Shown here in pieces: positions 14,117-27,195 of a DNA stretch of 64,000 nucleotides (within the stretch, counting starts at the first letter, position 1; each line of letters opens with the position of its first letter). The notes beneath the pieces are model-generated. The model saw only the letters and a list, made by a program, of their open reading frames with translations, searched no databases and was not told the origin of the DNA. The DNA is from Epiperipatus broadwayi (taxonomy: Eukaryota > Animalia > Onychophora): the NCBI GenBank assembly GCA_028023455.1, contig JAQFVV010000002.1:18476001-18540000 (forward strand), read 5' to 3'. Made by a program: the position numbers and the translations under genes.

Positions 14117-14828
14117 ATTCTCTTTCCTTTCCATGCCCCGTCCTAAGTTTTTCCCATATTCTTCTGTCCTGCTCTATCCCATTTCCACATCATCATCTTT
14201 GTCCACTCTGTGGCCTTTATATTTAAATCCTCATTATCATTTTCCAAATCCAGCATAAAAATCAAGTACCCACTTTCTATATAATCATTTTGTTTATATT
14301 TATTCTCCCACAACATCATTATTTGTACCCTCTCTATAGATGCCTTAAATTTTCCAAGCCTTTCCTACATAACTTGCAGACTATATCACCCACATTCCTC
14401 CATTTATGGGTACATTCTCTCATTGCTAAAGATCCTGTTGAGTCTTAAACAGTAATTTATTTTCCTTGCTATTATCATAAATTAACTCACACCCAATATT
14501 CTGCTTACTTCTATATATATTTCTTTTTACTCTCCATTCTTGTTCTCCATCTCTCTATTTTGTTATTAATGCATCTATTCTTCCATCCCATTCTTTGCCA
14601 CTATAACACTCAACAATCCTCCTAACACAATACATTCCATCTTTTGTACAAATATATTGACATTGTCTTTATCCAAATCTTCTGTACAACTGTACTACCT
14701 CTCTTACCCATCTTATTGCCCGTTCTTTACTTGTAATCCAATTAAATACTATTTTGACTATTCTCTTACTATACATAAATTGTAATCTACTGACCATTAA
14801 TATTTTGCTTTTTGCATCTCTCACAGTG

Positions 14829-15942
14829 ACAAACTCCACATACAGCAGTGCCACTGAGTGCAAGTCATAGTAATAAATGGTTGCAAGAAGATTAGTGCAT
14901 GAAATTCCTATCTAGTGCCTACTCATACAATATCCCCAGACTAGCTTGTAGCTTTCATCAAAGAAGAGCCTTGGCTCAGAGAGAACCGCACTTAGATCTT
15001 AGGTTTTAATTCAATCCTACAGCAGTCCCCCTTTACCTTTTTAGTTAGTTCAAAATAAAAACAGATATTTTCAATCTATGCTCATTTGCTTGTGTTGTCA
15101 TATAGATCAGAACCTAGTTCAATATCTATATCTTTCGATGTCTGATCCTTTAATAATCATAATCACCATTATCTCACAAGCATGAATGGTATTAAACCAC
15201 TAAACATAACATGATCACTATTTCCTATGCATACACAAGCTGTTAAAACATTGTCAAACCCTACATACAGTAGTTCCACCCAGTACAAGTCATAGTAACC
15301 AATGGATGCAAAAAGGTTTGTGCATAAAATTCCCACCTAGTCCATACTCATCAAATATCCCTAGGCTAAAATGCTCTCACTGATGATAACCACTAGCTTG
15401 AAACTAGTCTGGAGATATTAGACGAATAGGCACTAGATAGAGATTTTATGCCCAAACTTCTTGTATTCATTGCTTACCATGGCTTGAACTGGGTGGGACT
15501 ACTGTATAGAGAGTCCCAACAACTTCTGAAAGCATAGAAAATGGCGCTCATGAGATGTTTAATGGGTTAATACTGTTCCTGTCCATGGGATAATGATAAC
15601 TATGGTTATTAAAGAACTAAAAAACCCAAAATCTATAGATACTGAACTAGTATTCATATCTATATGACTATATAAGTAAATGAACTTGGATTGAAAATAT
15701 TGTTTTCATTTTGGACTCATACCTTTTTAGTTAGCTAAAAAGATAAAGGGTGCCTGCTAGAGGGTTGCACTAGAACCTAACTAAGGTCTAAGTGCAGTGC
15801 TTTCAAATCCAAGGCTTCTCAGTATTAAAGCCAATGGGAATATTGGATGAGTAAGCACTAGATAAAGATTTTATGCACAAACTTTCTTGCATCCATTGAT
15901 TAATATGGCTTGCACTAGGTGGCACTACTGTATGGAGTTTGT
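14829..15942. mobile_element. Fold-back of a ~425-bp tandem HHR repeat unit
   Basis: Arms ~14829-15365 and ~15405-15942 are diverged inverted copies; each arm holds one unit plus part of a second (direct repeat at 14843 and 15268); degenerate TSD at 14802-14820 and 15948-15966. Confidence 0.85.
15376..15414 (+). ncRNA. Minimal type I hammerhead motif at the palindrome centre
   Basis: CTCA CTGATGA TAACCACTAGCTT GAAA CTAG TC TGGAG: palindromic helix III ACTAGT, GUC triplet; helix II carries a mismatch. Confidence 0.65.
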
Positions 15943-16558
15943 TTTACATTTTCCTTTTTGCCTTTCTTAAATATTGATATCACTACAGCATTTTTTTCTA
16001 AACTTCTGGTATATATTATTTAGATATTTGGTATTTAGTTTCGCCAACATTTTTCACCTCTTTTAAAATATCTCTAACAAATCTATTATTTCCTGAAGCT
16101 TTTCCATTTTTAGCAGATTTAATTTCACTTATCACTTCATATATATATATTGACCCAGAATATTTGCCATGCCATATTTGTTTCATCGGGAATCGACTCT
16201 GGATCACATGCAAATCTCTACACTCAAGTTCAAACCTTAAAGGTGCCCCAAGAAACATCTACAGAGATGTCTGTATGATCACACACACATGTATATATAT
16301 ATTAACACTATATATCTAGTTATTATGTATAGATTAATTTGTAATTAACTCAATTTGATAACTCAAAAATATTAAAATCGCATATATGTGGGTGAATCAT
16401 ACATATCACTGAGATACATATATATAGAACGTATTTTGTAATTTTGATTTGTTATAGTCTATAAAATTGATTTCTAAAATAATTTGTAAAAAGGATCACA
16501 CAATTCAAATCTAGTTGGGACTACTGTAGTGTATTAATTGATATTTAAAAAAGTATTA

Positions 16559-16665
16559 GTCAAGCGTTGGTAGCTGAGAGGTCAGCGCAGCTGCCTTGCA
16601 AGCAAGCAGTTGCTTGCAGAGAGTTGTTGTAGGTTCGCTTCTTGGCAATGCTTTGACATATGGAA
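16559..16665 (+). mobile_element. tRNA-Gly-derived SINE
   Basis: TSD AAAAAAGTATTA at 16547-16558 and 16666-16677; internal duplication near the anticodon arm. Confidence 0.9.
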
Positions 16666-17099
16666 AAAAAAGTATTAAAACAATAGTTATTTGTTAAAAC
16701 ATATTCCATTTCAAGAATAAACACAAACCAACTTTGGTAAATTATTTTACTAAAATTGTATGTTTTAAAAGAAAAAGATGCTTAACAAATTCAAAAAGTA
16801 AAAGGATGGGTTTTAAAAAAATTACTTTAAAATGTATAAATAGATTAAATTTTAAGATAAAGAAAAAATTGCTATAGTACATCTTCCTAAAATCTTGTAA
16901 AAACAAAGTGTATATTTTTGTTAACATCCTACAGAAAATTAGATAAAAGACAGGGTTATTTTTATTTTTAGAAACATGTGGCATGGTATGTTAATGGCTT
17001 ATTTTGCTGTAAGGCAAAATTATCCTAAAAATGTATAAGTTAATTGAAGGCACATATATATAGCTCACCTTTTCTATGTAAAAGAACTTCTACTTTTAA

Positions 17100-17290
17100 A
17101 TTTTGTAACTACAGTCTAACAAAATCCACGTAAGTTTGATCTGTAAAATGTCTGAGTAGGAGAGGTGGGAGTTACTATTCTCCAGGTCTGGGAATGATGA
17201 TCTCCATCTCTGTCCTCCATGCTGAAAACATCCAGCTTCTACAATGATGGAAGAAGACCCATAAAGAACTTGCCATGCTGATGTCATTTA
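17100..17290 (-). pseudogene. Non-LTR RT fragment
   Basis: Translation IVEAGCF..WRTEMEIIIPRPGE resembles the WKxAxIIPIPKPGK motif of LINE RTs. Confidence 0.5.
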
Positions 17291-17505
17291 TCACTTGTAT
17301 GTGCCAGCAGTGTTTTAAAATTCAAAACGGCCACCGAGCATGCATTATATTGACACCGATAAAATTCCTACTATCACAGCAAAGAGCACTAAAATGATCT
17401 TTAGGGGATCTAAGACTAGAGCCATAGCTATTTTATAAACCCTATTCAATGTTCAAACTAAATTTTCATCTCTGTAAAACCTTTAATTTTGTTTAAAACT
17501 GAATT

Positions 17506-18923
17506 AAATTGAGAGAGTGCAAACTTCTCAAGCACTTGTGACTATTAGTAACCAATCAGATCTTAAGCACTGGGACAGGGAATTTAACAAGAAAAGAGTG
17601 GTTCCCACTCTTTTCTTTACTTGTCTTTTTATATATCCAAGCCAGTCCAAAGTGCTTATATCTGAGAGTGTAAATCTTAAATATCATCACACCTAATTGA
17701 CTGAGTTCAAATTATAAACATACAGTGTGAAATCTTTCGATTTACTATGCAGTAGTTTTTCGATGTTATAACTTTGCAGCAATATATGTAAATAATATTT
17801 TTATAAAGCACAGACGGTATTGAAAATTAAATTGAGAGAGTGCAAACTTCTCAAGCACTTGTGACTATTAGTAACCAATCAGATCTTAAGCACTGGGAAA
17901 TGGAATTTAACAAGAAAAGAGTGGTTCCCACTCTTTTCTTTTCACTTCTTTTTATATATCCAAGCCAGTCCAAAGTGCTTATATCTGAGAGCATAAATCT
18001 TAAATATCATCACACCTAATTGACTGAGTTCAAATTATAAACATACAGCGTGAAATCTTTCGATTTACTACGCAGTAGTTTTTCGATGTTATAACTTTGC
18101 AGCAATATATGTAAATAATATTTTTATAAAGCGCAGACGGTATTGAAAATTAAATTGAGAGAGTGCAAACTTCTCAAGCGCTTGTGACTATTAGTAACCA
18201 ATCAGATCTTAAGCACTGGGACAGGGAATTTAACAAGAAAAGAGTGGTTCCCACTCTCTTCTTTACTTGTCTTTCTATATATCCAAGCCAGTCCAAAGTA
18301 CTTATATCCGAGAGCGTGAATCTTAAATATCACACCTAATTGACTGAGTTCAAATTATAAACATACAGCATGAAATCTTTCGATTTACTACGCAGTAGTT
18401 TTTCGATGTTATAACTTTGCAGCAATATATGTAAATAATATTTTTATAAAGTGCATACAAGTAAAGAGGAGAGTGGGAACCACTCTTTTCTTGTTAAATT
18501 CCCTGTCCCAGTGCTTAAGATCTGATTGGTTACTAATAGTCACAAGTGCTTGAGAAGTTTGCACTCTCTCAATTTAATTTTCAATATCGTCTGTGCTTTA
18601 TAAAAATATTATTTACATATATTGCTGCAAAGTTATAACATCGAAAAACTACTGCGTAGTAAATTGAAAGATTTCACGCTGTATATTTATAATTTGAACT
18701 CAGTCAATTAGGTGTGATGATATTTAAGATTCACGCTCTCAGATATAAGTACTTTGGACTGGCTTGGATTCTTGTTAAAGTACTTTGGACTGGCTTGGAT
18801 TCTTGTTAAATTCCCTGTCCCAGTGCTTAAGATCTGATTGGTTACTAATAGTCACAAGCACTTGAGAAGTTTGCACTCTCTCAATTTAATTTTCAAAACT
18901 GTCTGCGCTTTATAAAAATATTA
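17506..18923. mobile_element. TSD-flanked fold-back concatemer of a 323-bp unit
   Basis: Three head-to-tail units starting at 17506, 17829 and 18152; inversion at ~18456, then about 1.5 inverted units; exact 14-bp TSD TTTAAAACTGAATT at 17492-17505 and 18924-18937. Confidence 0.95.
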
Positions 18924-19619
18924 TTTAAAACTGAATTGTAAACTTGTGGTTGTTTTATCAAACTGTAATTAATCTTTATTTTTGTGCTAGTAGTGACATC
19001 TATTAGTGTTTTTATAAGTTTCTAGTCATTAAAATTTCTTACCGATTCATGTTATAATGTGCCAAATGCCATAGTGAATGTATTAAAGATTTTAAGTTTA
19101 GGATGGGAGATATTACTAATTCTATATTTGATTTAATAATTATAGAATAATGTCTAGTTATTCAAATCCTACTTGCTATTTTGAATTTATATAGCTTGGT
19201 TATAATCTTCAATTACCCAGCAATCATTATAATGTTTGTATTGTTATATGATTCAAAGTTCACTTCATCCCATAATAAGTAACTGTTCTGATTATAGGCC
19301 AACTCTATGTTATAAGGTACAATCTATGAAGATTATCTTAACAAATAAATGTAATTCTAACCGTATAGTTAGCCATAATATCCCTTGAAATGCATATGTT
19401 GGATCAGAGTTAGTATCTTATTAAGTCAGACCATTTTATTATTGTATTAGCTTTCCAATACTTGTTTTGGAGATTAGCTTGTGTTGGCATTGCAGACATT
19501 CACTAATTACTTTAAATGCAAATGTAATTAGTCATGTTTTATTCATTGTATTGTACTTGTGTTAGGCCGGTAATACACACACACACACATATATATATGT
19601 ATATATTCATACCTTGCTA

Positions 19620-20050
19620 TTTTCTATGGGTAAATCAGCAAAGACCATCCCAATTATGTTGGCAGCCAGCATAATGGTGGATAGAGGTCACATCTAGGGG
19701 CCAAATTGTTTAGGTATGAGCTTCAAATAAGTAAATCAGGTAAGGACCCACTATGTTTGAGTAGCTGATCTGATTTCCAAACTTTAAGATTATTTCATTA
19801 CCAAGCTTCTCAGTTCAAATGAACTACACATCTTATATGTGGATGTAAGTTCTCATCATACCCACCAAACCCCTATAAAATTGTTTAATTTGCAGATGGT
19901 GGATCATAGGTAATGCTAATTCAAACCATTCCACCCTTTGAATTATAATTATTTGTGAATTTACCCAAGAACATCGGGAATTCCGGTGAAACAAATTATG
20001 ATTTAGATATCTTTTATAGTTGATAATTATGTCCAAATATTAATAGCTTG
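19620..20050 (-). pseudogene. Possible Penelope-like RT relic
   Basis: Fragments DI..CFTGIP and LKFGNQI..SNIVGPYLIYLFE resemble PLE RT motifs (DxxSLFTNIP; FGxxxYxQxxGIPMGSxxAPxLAxLFL). Confidence 0.35.
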
Positions 20051-23000
20051 TCTTAGATAGTCAGCAATATTGACACTGTAATATGTTTCCCATCAGAAAA
20101 AACATTGGTGTTTTGGTAAAACACAATAAGGATGTTGAAAATCATTTGGCACATTGCTTTGTTATAGATATCAATCGCTCATAAAACATGAAGGTTATTA
20201 ATCCTTGACACTGTATGTAATAATTGATTGAACTTGACTAATTGTATAATGCATAATGGCATTAAAATAACAATATTTTAACCACCAGTTTAATGTAATA
20301 TATATTGTCTTACATTAATCATTACCAGTTATAACAAACTTATTTAAATTTACTTTATTTCCATTATCTTTTTTTACCGTACTCCAGTCCAATTAAACCC
20401 ATTAATTAATGTAAAATTTATAATGTGTGATATTTATAACATTTGTTTTACCAGTTTGTTTATTAAAATTATTTTGTCATTCATTTCACAAGTCCATTCA
20501 TGATCCTGTTAGTGTAGGTAAATTTAATAGAATTTTATGCTTCTCCCATTCAGTGGGACTTGGATTAAAGAGAACTTAAATGTATCACAGAAAGCATTGT
20601 TTAAATATTAAATCATGTAGCACAGGCATAGGTTGGAGATTAGTCCAATATGGGATCCTGTGTCCCATTCAATCAGGTTTAGTATATTTGACTTGGACTC
20701 TGGGTTTTGTTAAGTGAACATATAATTCTGACCATTACAAATTATATACACATGCATGTACAATTGAAACTTTAAAAGATGCCATAATCATAAGACCTAT
20801 TTTGTTTTTTGATTAATATAATTATTTATAGAATTCTTTTGCACATTTCACAATGCTGTCCTTTATAGTCATAGTGCCATTTTTTTTGTCACCACTGAGA
20901 AACTGTTCAAGATGTAATTTTATACTTTTGAGCTTTGTTTTCTTTTATAGTTTTTTTTACCACTATTTTTTTATGTGGTCATTAATTCACTTTCTTAGCA
21001 GTTTACAGAATCGAGATAATAACTTCCTCTAATTGGTTATTTAAAAATATTTTCATATTATTTACTTTTTTTTGTACATTACTTATTTTGTTGAAAGGCT
21101 TCTTTATCTAGTAATTCTTAATAGAGTACCAGTTATTTTATTATTAATTTTATTCAAATAAGCTATCTTAGTTATTTAATATTTTAAAATAATTTAAATT
21201 CATTGGAGTGTCTCTGAAGAGGGTAAGGGCTATTTTATTTTTCTAGCTTTGCATAACACGACATCTTAGACTGCTTTTTAATAATTACTCTCTATGTGAG
21301 ATTGACTGAGTTGATTATAACATATTTTTCTACTAATGAAAATCAAATTCAGTTCTGTATGTCTTTATTTGGATGCTTCCTGATTATTTCTGTTTAGCAA
21401 CTTTTTTCAAAATTCATAAAATACAATAACTCTTTTCTTTTTTTGCAAATTCTACAAGTCTATGTCCTCTCACATTTCTGTGTTCATAACCAAATTTTAT
21501 CCACAATATTAAAATTTCCCAAGACAATTTTAAGAAGTTATTTGACCTAATTCATTAAAGCATTCACCATTTTTATATATGTTTGTCCATTACAATAAAA
21601 ATTTCGGAAATGAACTGAATATTATTACGTTTGATATCTTTCTTTATTGCAAGTAAACAATACATCTATGGCTTCTCAACGAACTAATTATGCTTGCACA
21701 GATATTTAGAACCATTGCATTAGAAAACGTTAACATCAAAATATTCAAGTGAGTAACGGATTAAAATTTAATGGTTAATAATAATTTTAACTGAATTTTT
21801 TTATGCAAATCTTCAAGTAAACAAATTTATCATTATTTTTTTTAATCATCCAAATTTATGAAATAAGTATATAATGGTATTAAGTTACAAAATCAAAATA
21901 AAAGTTTTGAAGTAATTATAGATATTTCAAGTCAATTTCTTTTATAACTGACAATGGACCAAACTGATTCCAAAGTTTGTAAGCTAATGGATAGTGCATT
22001 TTTGTTATAATTGTTTGCCTGTAATATCTATAATCAAAGTATATTAATATATGGCATTTAAGTACTAAATATTGAATCTTTGCTTAATAAAACTTGCTAC
22101 AAAACAAAAATCTAAATATATTTATATTTTCAGCAAAAAAAAAAAGTATAGTAAAGAAATGGTTGGTTAAAAAAATGATGTGTATGTATACATGCATGAT
22201 TTATTAGTTAGAGACATTAATATTTTATTAAATTGGAAAATTTCTAGTAGAAAGACTTAAATTTTTTTTCAGTCCAAAAGTTTCCATCAATGAATGTTAT
22301 CATTTTGAAATATAAATGAGTTGATTTATAAGAAACTATAATTTAATGCATTTTACATATCATAAGAATGGAAATAAATTCTTTATGTTTAATAAACTTT
22401 TACAAATTTATATTATCTCTAATTCCTGGAGAAATTCTTAATGATTATAAACCACTTTACCTTTATGTCATTTTGTTTTTTAATTCAACACCAGTTTAAT
22501 CTTAGAATTATATATATATATATATCAAAATGCAGGCCACTACTTCTATACTTTCTGTCTTGCTGTATTCTTCAAATATCATTAACTAATTCCACTTTAG
22601 AATCAGCATTTTTTAAATCTTCTACATTTCCAATAAATGTTTTATAACCTATTCGCTCCCCATGCAAGTTCAGTTTTTTTTTCTTCTTCTTCTTCATAAG
22701 TAATTAAAATTATTTTCCCCTTTATTCTTTTCAGCAGTTTTACATTTTTCATTCTACTTTCTTTAATCAATTCAAATTTCTAAAGTTTCCATTTTTTTCT
22801 CCTTTCCCAATTGACCAGATCTCTCTTCATACAAAACCACACGGCAAATTCAATAAAAAAAAACATTTAGTAAAACTTTTCTTAAATATAATTCCAGTGG
22901 ATGGCAAAATAATCCTTTAATCTGTTTAAATACTTTAATCCTAATTCCATATTCCTTTCCCCTGCTTTTAATATCAGGTTATCTCTTTTCATTTTCAACA

Positions 23001-23689
23001 CTTCTTTAGTTACCAAATCTTTCTATAGCTTATTTACTCTGAATTAATTATTCCTTTCTTATTACCAAAAAAAAACATTTTTTTAGATAAATATTTTAAT
23101 ACTATTATGGATTAACTTAAGTAAGTAAATTTAAAAAAAAATCTAATATCTATTTCAGATTTTCTATTAGTAAAGTTATATTAAATAAACATAAGGCTAT
23201 TCACAAATTTGAAAGAGTCAGCAAGAGATTCTAATCAATACTTAACTCCCTAATTCATGAAAAGAAATATCATTTTCTAGATGAACGTAGCATGGCTGCT
23301 TAGCTTTTCTGAACTACATTGAATATTGGGAATATAAAAGTCTAGTTTGATTAATAAAAACACTTTTGGGTATTATTTTTTTGTTAATAAAATTAGACTT
23401 ATATATATAATATACTCTTTTAATATAGCATAGAAATGCAAGCAGACTTATTAAAAAAATTAATGGAGTTGAATTTTATTTTCATGATTTGTGGAGTTAA
23501 TTAGTTTCTTATGCTGATATCTGTAAGTTTATCAATAATCATTTCATGTTTGTTTCCAATGTCTTCACTAATAGAAAATTTGGTGCACAATAGAAATTAG
23601 GTTTCCGCTCAAATTCTCTCTATTAAATCTTGTTCTAAATGTGCTTTATCCTTCTCCTTTGTGCAATCTTTATTTTTGCATATATATAT

Positions 23690-24100
23690 TATCTAATGAG
23701 CTTGCCAATAGCTCTTAATAAGCTTTTCAGAATATCCCCAAACCCAGACCAGTTTCTATTTCTGGCTTCCTCAGTGAGGAGCTAGGTATTCAAGCATTAG
23801 ATTTAAAATACCAGGTCAAGCCCAGCACTTTATCTAATGGTTATCTATTAAGTAGAAAATCTAACATTTTCAGACATCCATATGTCTTCAAATCCAGCTA
23901 ACTTAAATAGCCATATGGGATTGAACTAAGTTCAGATATATCATATATAAATAGCTTTAGCAATATGAAATCGCCAAAGCCTTAATAGCAAAAAATATAA
24001 TTGCAAATAAATCAAGTCATATATCACATGACCTAATTCAACAAGCTTGTATTACAAATGTTATTTAATGAGCTTGTCAATAGTTCTTAACAAGCTTTTC
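23690..24100 (-). mobile_element. Family C HHR repeat: one 372-bp unit plus a terminal partial repeat
   Basis: Direct repeat taatgagcttg.caatag.tcttaa.aagcttttca at 23694 and 24066; degenerate HHR at 23743-23778 (CTGAGGA...GAAACTGGTC); TSD-like CATATATATA at 23679 and 24100; homologous to 32609 and 38255. Confidence 0.7.
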
Positions 24101-24149
24101 ATATATATAGTAGCCATTTGTAAATAAAAATGACCATTCCATTCAAAGA

Positions 24150-24800
24150 AAAGAGAGGCAAAAAAAAAAAAACTGCTCTAAAAACGGGTTTTGCAAATGA
24201 TTATACAAATCCATCCACAAATATATTCTGATTTATTTTTCTTTTTATATATTTTACAATGCCATCTTTTAATTTCGTTAGTAGAAAACTTATTCCTGAA
24301 ATATGTATAATTATAGTTTTTCAATGTATTTCCATTCTTTACCATATCTTCCCTATGGAAACAATTAATAATACATTTTTTAGAATGACTTTGAGGCGAT
24401 CCTTCTAATGGACATAGAATCTATATCTCTCACAAAAACCATGTTCAACATAAAATACACTTTGAACCAATCTTGTATTGTTCATTCACTTTATACATCA
24501 AATACAACAAAAGTGTGATTATAGTATAACATCCAACAAAATGAACAGCATAGAAATTAGTTTTATTACCTTGCCATTGTATCTTTAATTTTTTGCATAA
24601 TGCTCTTAAGTGAACCTTTTTTAATAGCTTAGTATTGCATAAATTTAAAGTCTCACTTCCATACAGTAAATTGGGTAAAATAACATTTCTATAAACACTA
24701 ACTTACATGAGTTATTTCCTTGTGAATATTCTATCTTTTAATTTATTAAAAGCAACAGCAGCTTATTGGAGTCTGTGTTATACCTTAATATCTAAGTTCT
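24150..24800 (-). mobile_element. RTE-clade LINE 3' RT remnant
   Basis: VILPNLLYGSETLNL and RALCKKLKIQWQ match the RTE C-terminal motifs (LLYGSETW; LRRILKIxW). Confidence 0.7.
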
Positions 24801-25261
24801 ACCTATCTACTTAGGAAAATATCAAGGTACTTAAATAAGTTATATTTCGAAATTGATAACCACCTAAACTAAAACTTCAATTTTTTTCTTTAGTCATTGG
24901 TTAATATAAAACTTGAGTTTTTGAACATTAAGTATTAAATCAAAGTGTTTAAATATTGCACACAAAACTTTAAAGTATATATTTAAAATAGACTTTTGAA
25001 CTAATGAAAATAGCATAATTATCAGCATTCTATAAATCCAGAATCCAAGAAGGTCTTGTTTTACCTTTAATCAATTTGAATTAAAATTTTCACTTCAAAC
25101 CAAATTGCATTTTGATACTTGTTTCATTGTTGCCTATAATCAGTTCCAAGATAATTGTCATAAAAACTGAAAACAATATTGAAACAAATACAAATCCTTG
25201 TTTAGTGTAAGTTTTCATTTCAAATGCCTCAGATTTTCCACAATATAATAATACTTCAATT

Positions 25262-25437
25262 GCTTGGATTCCAAGACATGGTAAAAGGTCCAGAAAGAGA
25301 CCACATGTGAGATGGATGGATGAAATAAGAAAGTGCAGAGATGATGTGAAGAAGAGAAGCTAAAGATTAGAGAAGATGGATTGAACTTGGAGAGATCTCC
25401 ATCCTGCAGGGGATTGATAATGGTTGATGATGATGAA
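25262..25437 (+). mobile_element. RTE LINE 3' end with (GAT)n tail
   Basis: WIPRHGKR...RWMDEIRK followed by gatgatgatga; same family as 35885 and 51663. Confidence 0.75.
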
Positions 25438-25820
25438 TAATACTTCCTGTCATTCCATCATGTAGAATCTCTATAAGAAACAAATTTTAGTGGATAACCA
25501 ATTAATTTAAAATAATGCTTTAAACTTGTTTGATTAATGCTTGACCAAATTAATAAAAATTATAAATCATTCTTTGTGCCTGCAATTTTTTTTTTTTTTG
25601 TATTTGTCTGGCAACAAGAAACATGTCTATAATCCTTTTTGTTTCTCTAAAACAACAACGAGACTCTCACAACTATTCATTTTGTAACTGAAAGAAACCA
25701 ATCCAACAATAATTTTTGTAAGTATCTTTGCTGTAGTATATAATCCTTTTATTTTTAAAAAATGAAATAATAGAAGCCTTAAAAAACAAGCAGCACAATT
25801 TCATGGGTCAATATATTTCT

Positions 25821-26018
25821 TTAAAAAATTCCAAGTTTTGAAGCTAACATGTCACTGCCATATTTTAAAACTTTAGATATTTCATCAGGACTTGCAACAT
25901 TTTCATTATTAAGAGTTATAAAAAGCCGTTTTGGCTTTACTCCAAACTGTGTGAGACCGACATTTTCTAGGCCACTACTACTTCTAATAAAGGTAGGGTG
26001 ATTTCTAAATAGCACTGC
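25821..26018 (-). CDS. Candidate terminal coding exon, product unknown
   Basis: ttcag acceptor, then an open 65-codon frame AVLFRNHPTFIRSSSGLENVGLTQFGVKPKRLFITLNNENVASPDEISKVLKYGSDMLASKLGIF* with protein-like composition; no family recognised. Confidence 0.3.
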   Translation of the reverse strand, partial: AVLFRNHPTFIRSSSGLENVGLTQFGVKPKRLFITLNNENVASPDEISKVLKYGSDMLASKLGIF

Positions 26019-26326
26019 CTGAACATATAATCATTGCCAGATAAAACTCATTTCAAATCTAGTTCCAAACAGACTCATTCGTGATTGTATTGCATCAAAT
26101 AAAGATGGCAACTAAAGACTTCCTGCCTACTAATCCTATTCCTGCTGTTGCTTTCTTAACTTGAGTTAAAAAAAAATGAAAATGGGAGAATGAAAGACTT
26201 TTCTTGTAGTTAAAAAATGCAAATATGATTGCACAATCTCATAGTCTCACTAAACACAGAAGGAAGTCCAATGACATGAGACATTCTACACTTGGCCTGT
26301 ACACTGATTTATGTGATTAATGAATG

Positions 26327-27195
26327 AGGTACTGTGGTATTAGAGCTGCGACATGACGAATTATAATCTTTAATCATTAAATTAATTAGGTTATTAAATC
26401 AAAAACATATTTTAAAATCTACATTAAAAAAAAAACAATTTAACAAAAAAAAATAGAAAAAGCATCAATGTGAAGAATAGTTAAAATGCGTGTTTAAATC
26501 AAATTGAGTGTGTGTTTGCACGTGCATATTCTGCATAATCTATTTTAATACATTGTACAGGCTTACACCTGCATTTATATATGTAATATATGCAGGATTC
26601 GAACTCAGACTTTCACACGACTTACAATTCTCAGTGCCATCTTATATTGCTGACTCACCTGATCACACACATGTTGAAAAGATAAATAATCACCAATAGA
26701 CGTATTTCGTGTTAAACCAGCACTCATTAAAGTATGAAGATTGGTTATCTTAATATAAAGCTGAGTACTAATTGTATATATGTGTGGAGTGGTAATCTGA
26801 ACCAACTTATGAGTTCTGGTTTGGCACGAAATACGTATATTGGTGATTATTTATCTTTTCAACGTGTGTGATCAGGTGAGTCAGCAATATAAGATGGCAC
26901 TGAGAGATGTAGGTCGTGTGAAAGTCTGAGTTCGATTCCCGCATATATAAATGCAGGTGTAAGCCTGTACAATGTATTAAAATAGATGCAGAATAGGCAC
27001 ATGCAAACACACCCTCAATTTGATTTAAACACGCATTTTAAATATTCTTCACATTAATGCTTTTCGTATTTTTTTTGTTAAATTGTTTTTTTTTTAATGT
27101 AGATTTTAAAATATGTTTTTGATTTAATAACCTAATTAATTTAATGACTAAACGATTATAATTCTTCATGTCGCAGCTCTAATACCACAGTACCT
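26327..27195. mobile_element. 870-bp near-perfect palindrome centred on a family A HHR
   Basis: Arms 26327-26727 and ~26808-27195; short TSD TGAATG at 26321-26326 and 27196-27201. Confidence 0.95.
26801..26844 (+). ncRNA. Family A hammerhead motif, core mutated
   Basis: ACCAA CTTATGA GTTCT-ggttt-GGCAC GAAA TACGTA TA TTGGT; G5 mutated; a partial antisense copy lies at 26692-26727. Confidence 0.6.

Larger units (their letters stand above)
14100..16260 (-). mobile_element. Degenerate non-LTR reverse transcriptase interrupted by a 1.1-kb palindrome
   Basis: ORF 16016-16258 contains EVISEIKSAKNGKASG (RT N-terminal EVxxAIxxLKxGKAPG motif), followed by AVVISIFKKGKKEN; weaker RT-like motifs continue at 14100-14820. 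Confidence 0.55.

Noticed and set aside
17070-17141. 72-nt exon with good minus-strand splice sites
   Set aside because: Stop codons in all three frames and overlap with an RT relic
17506-18923. CRISPR array or simple satellite
   Set aside because: Units are 323 bp with no unique spacers, the context is eukaryotic, and the array is bounded by a single TSD and contains an inversion
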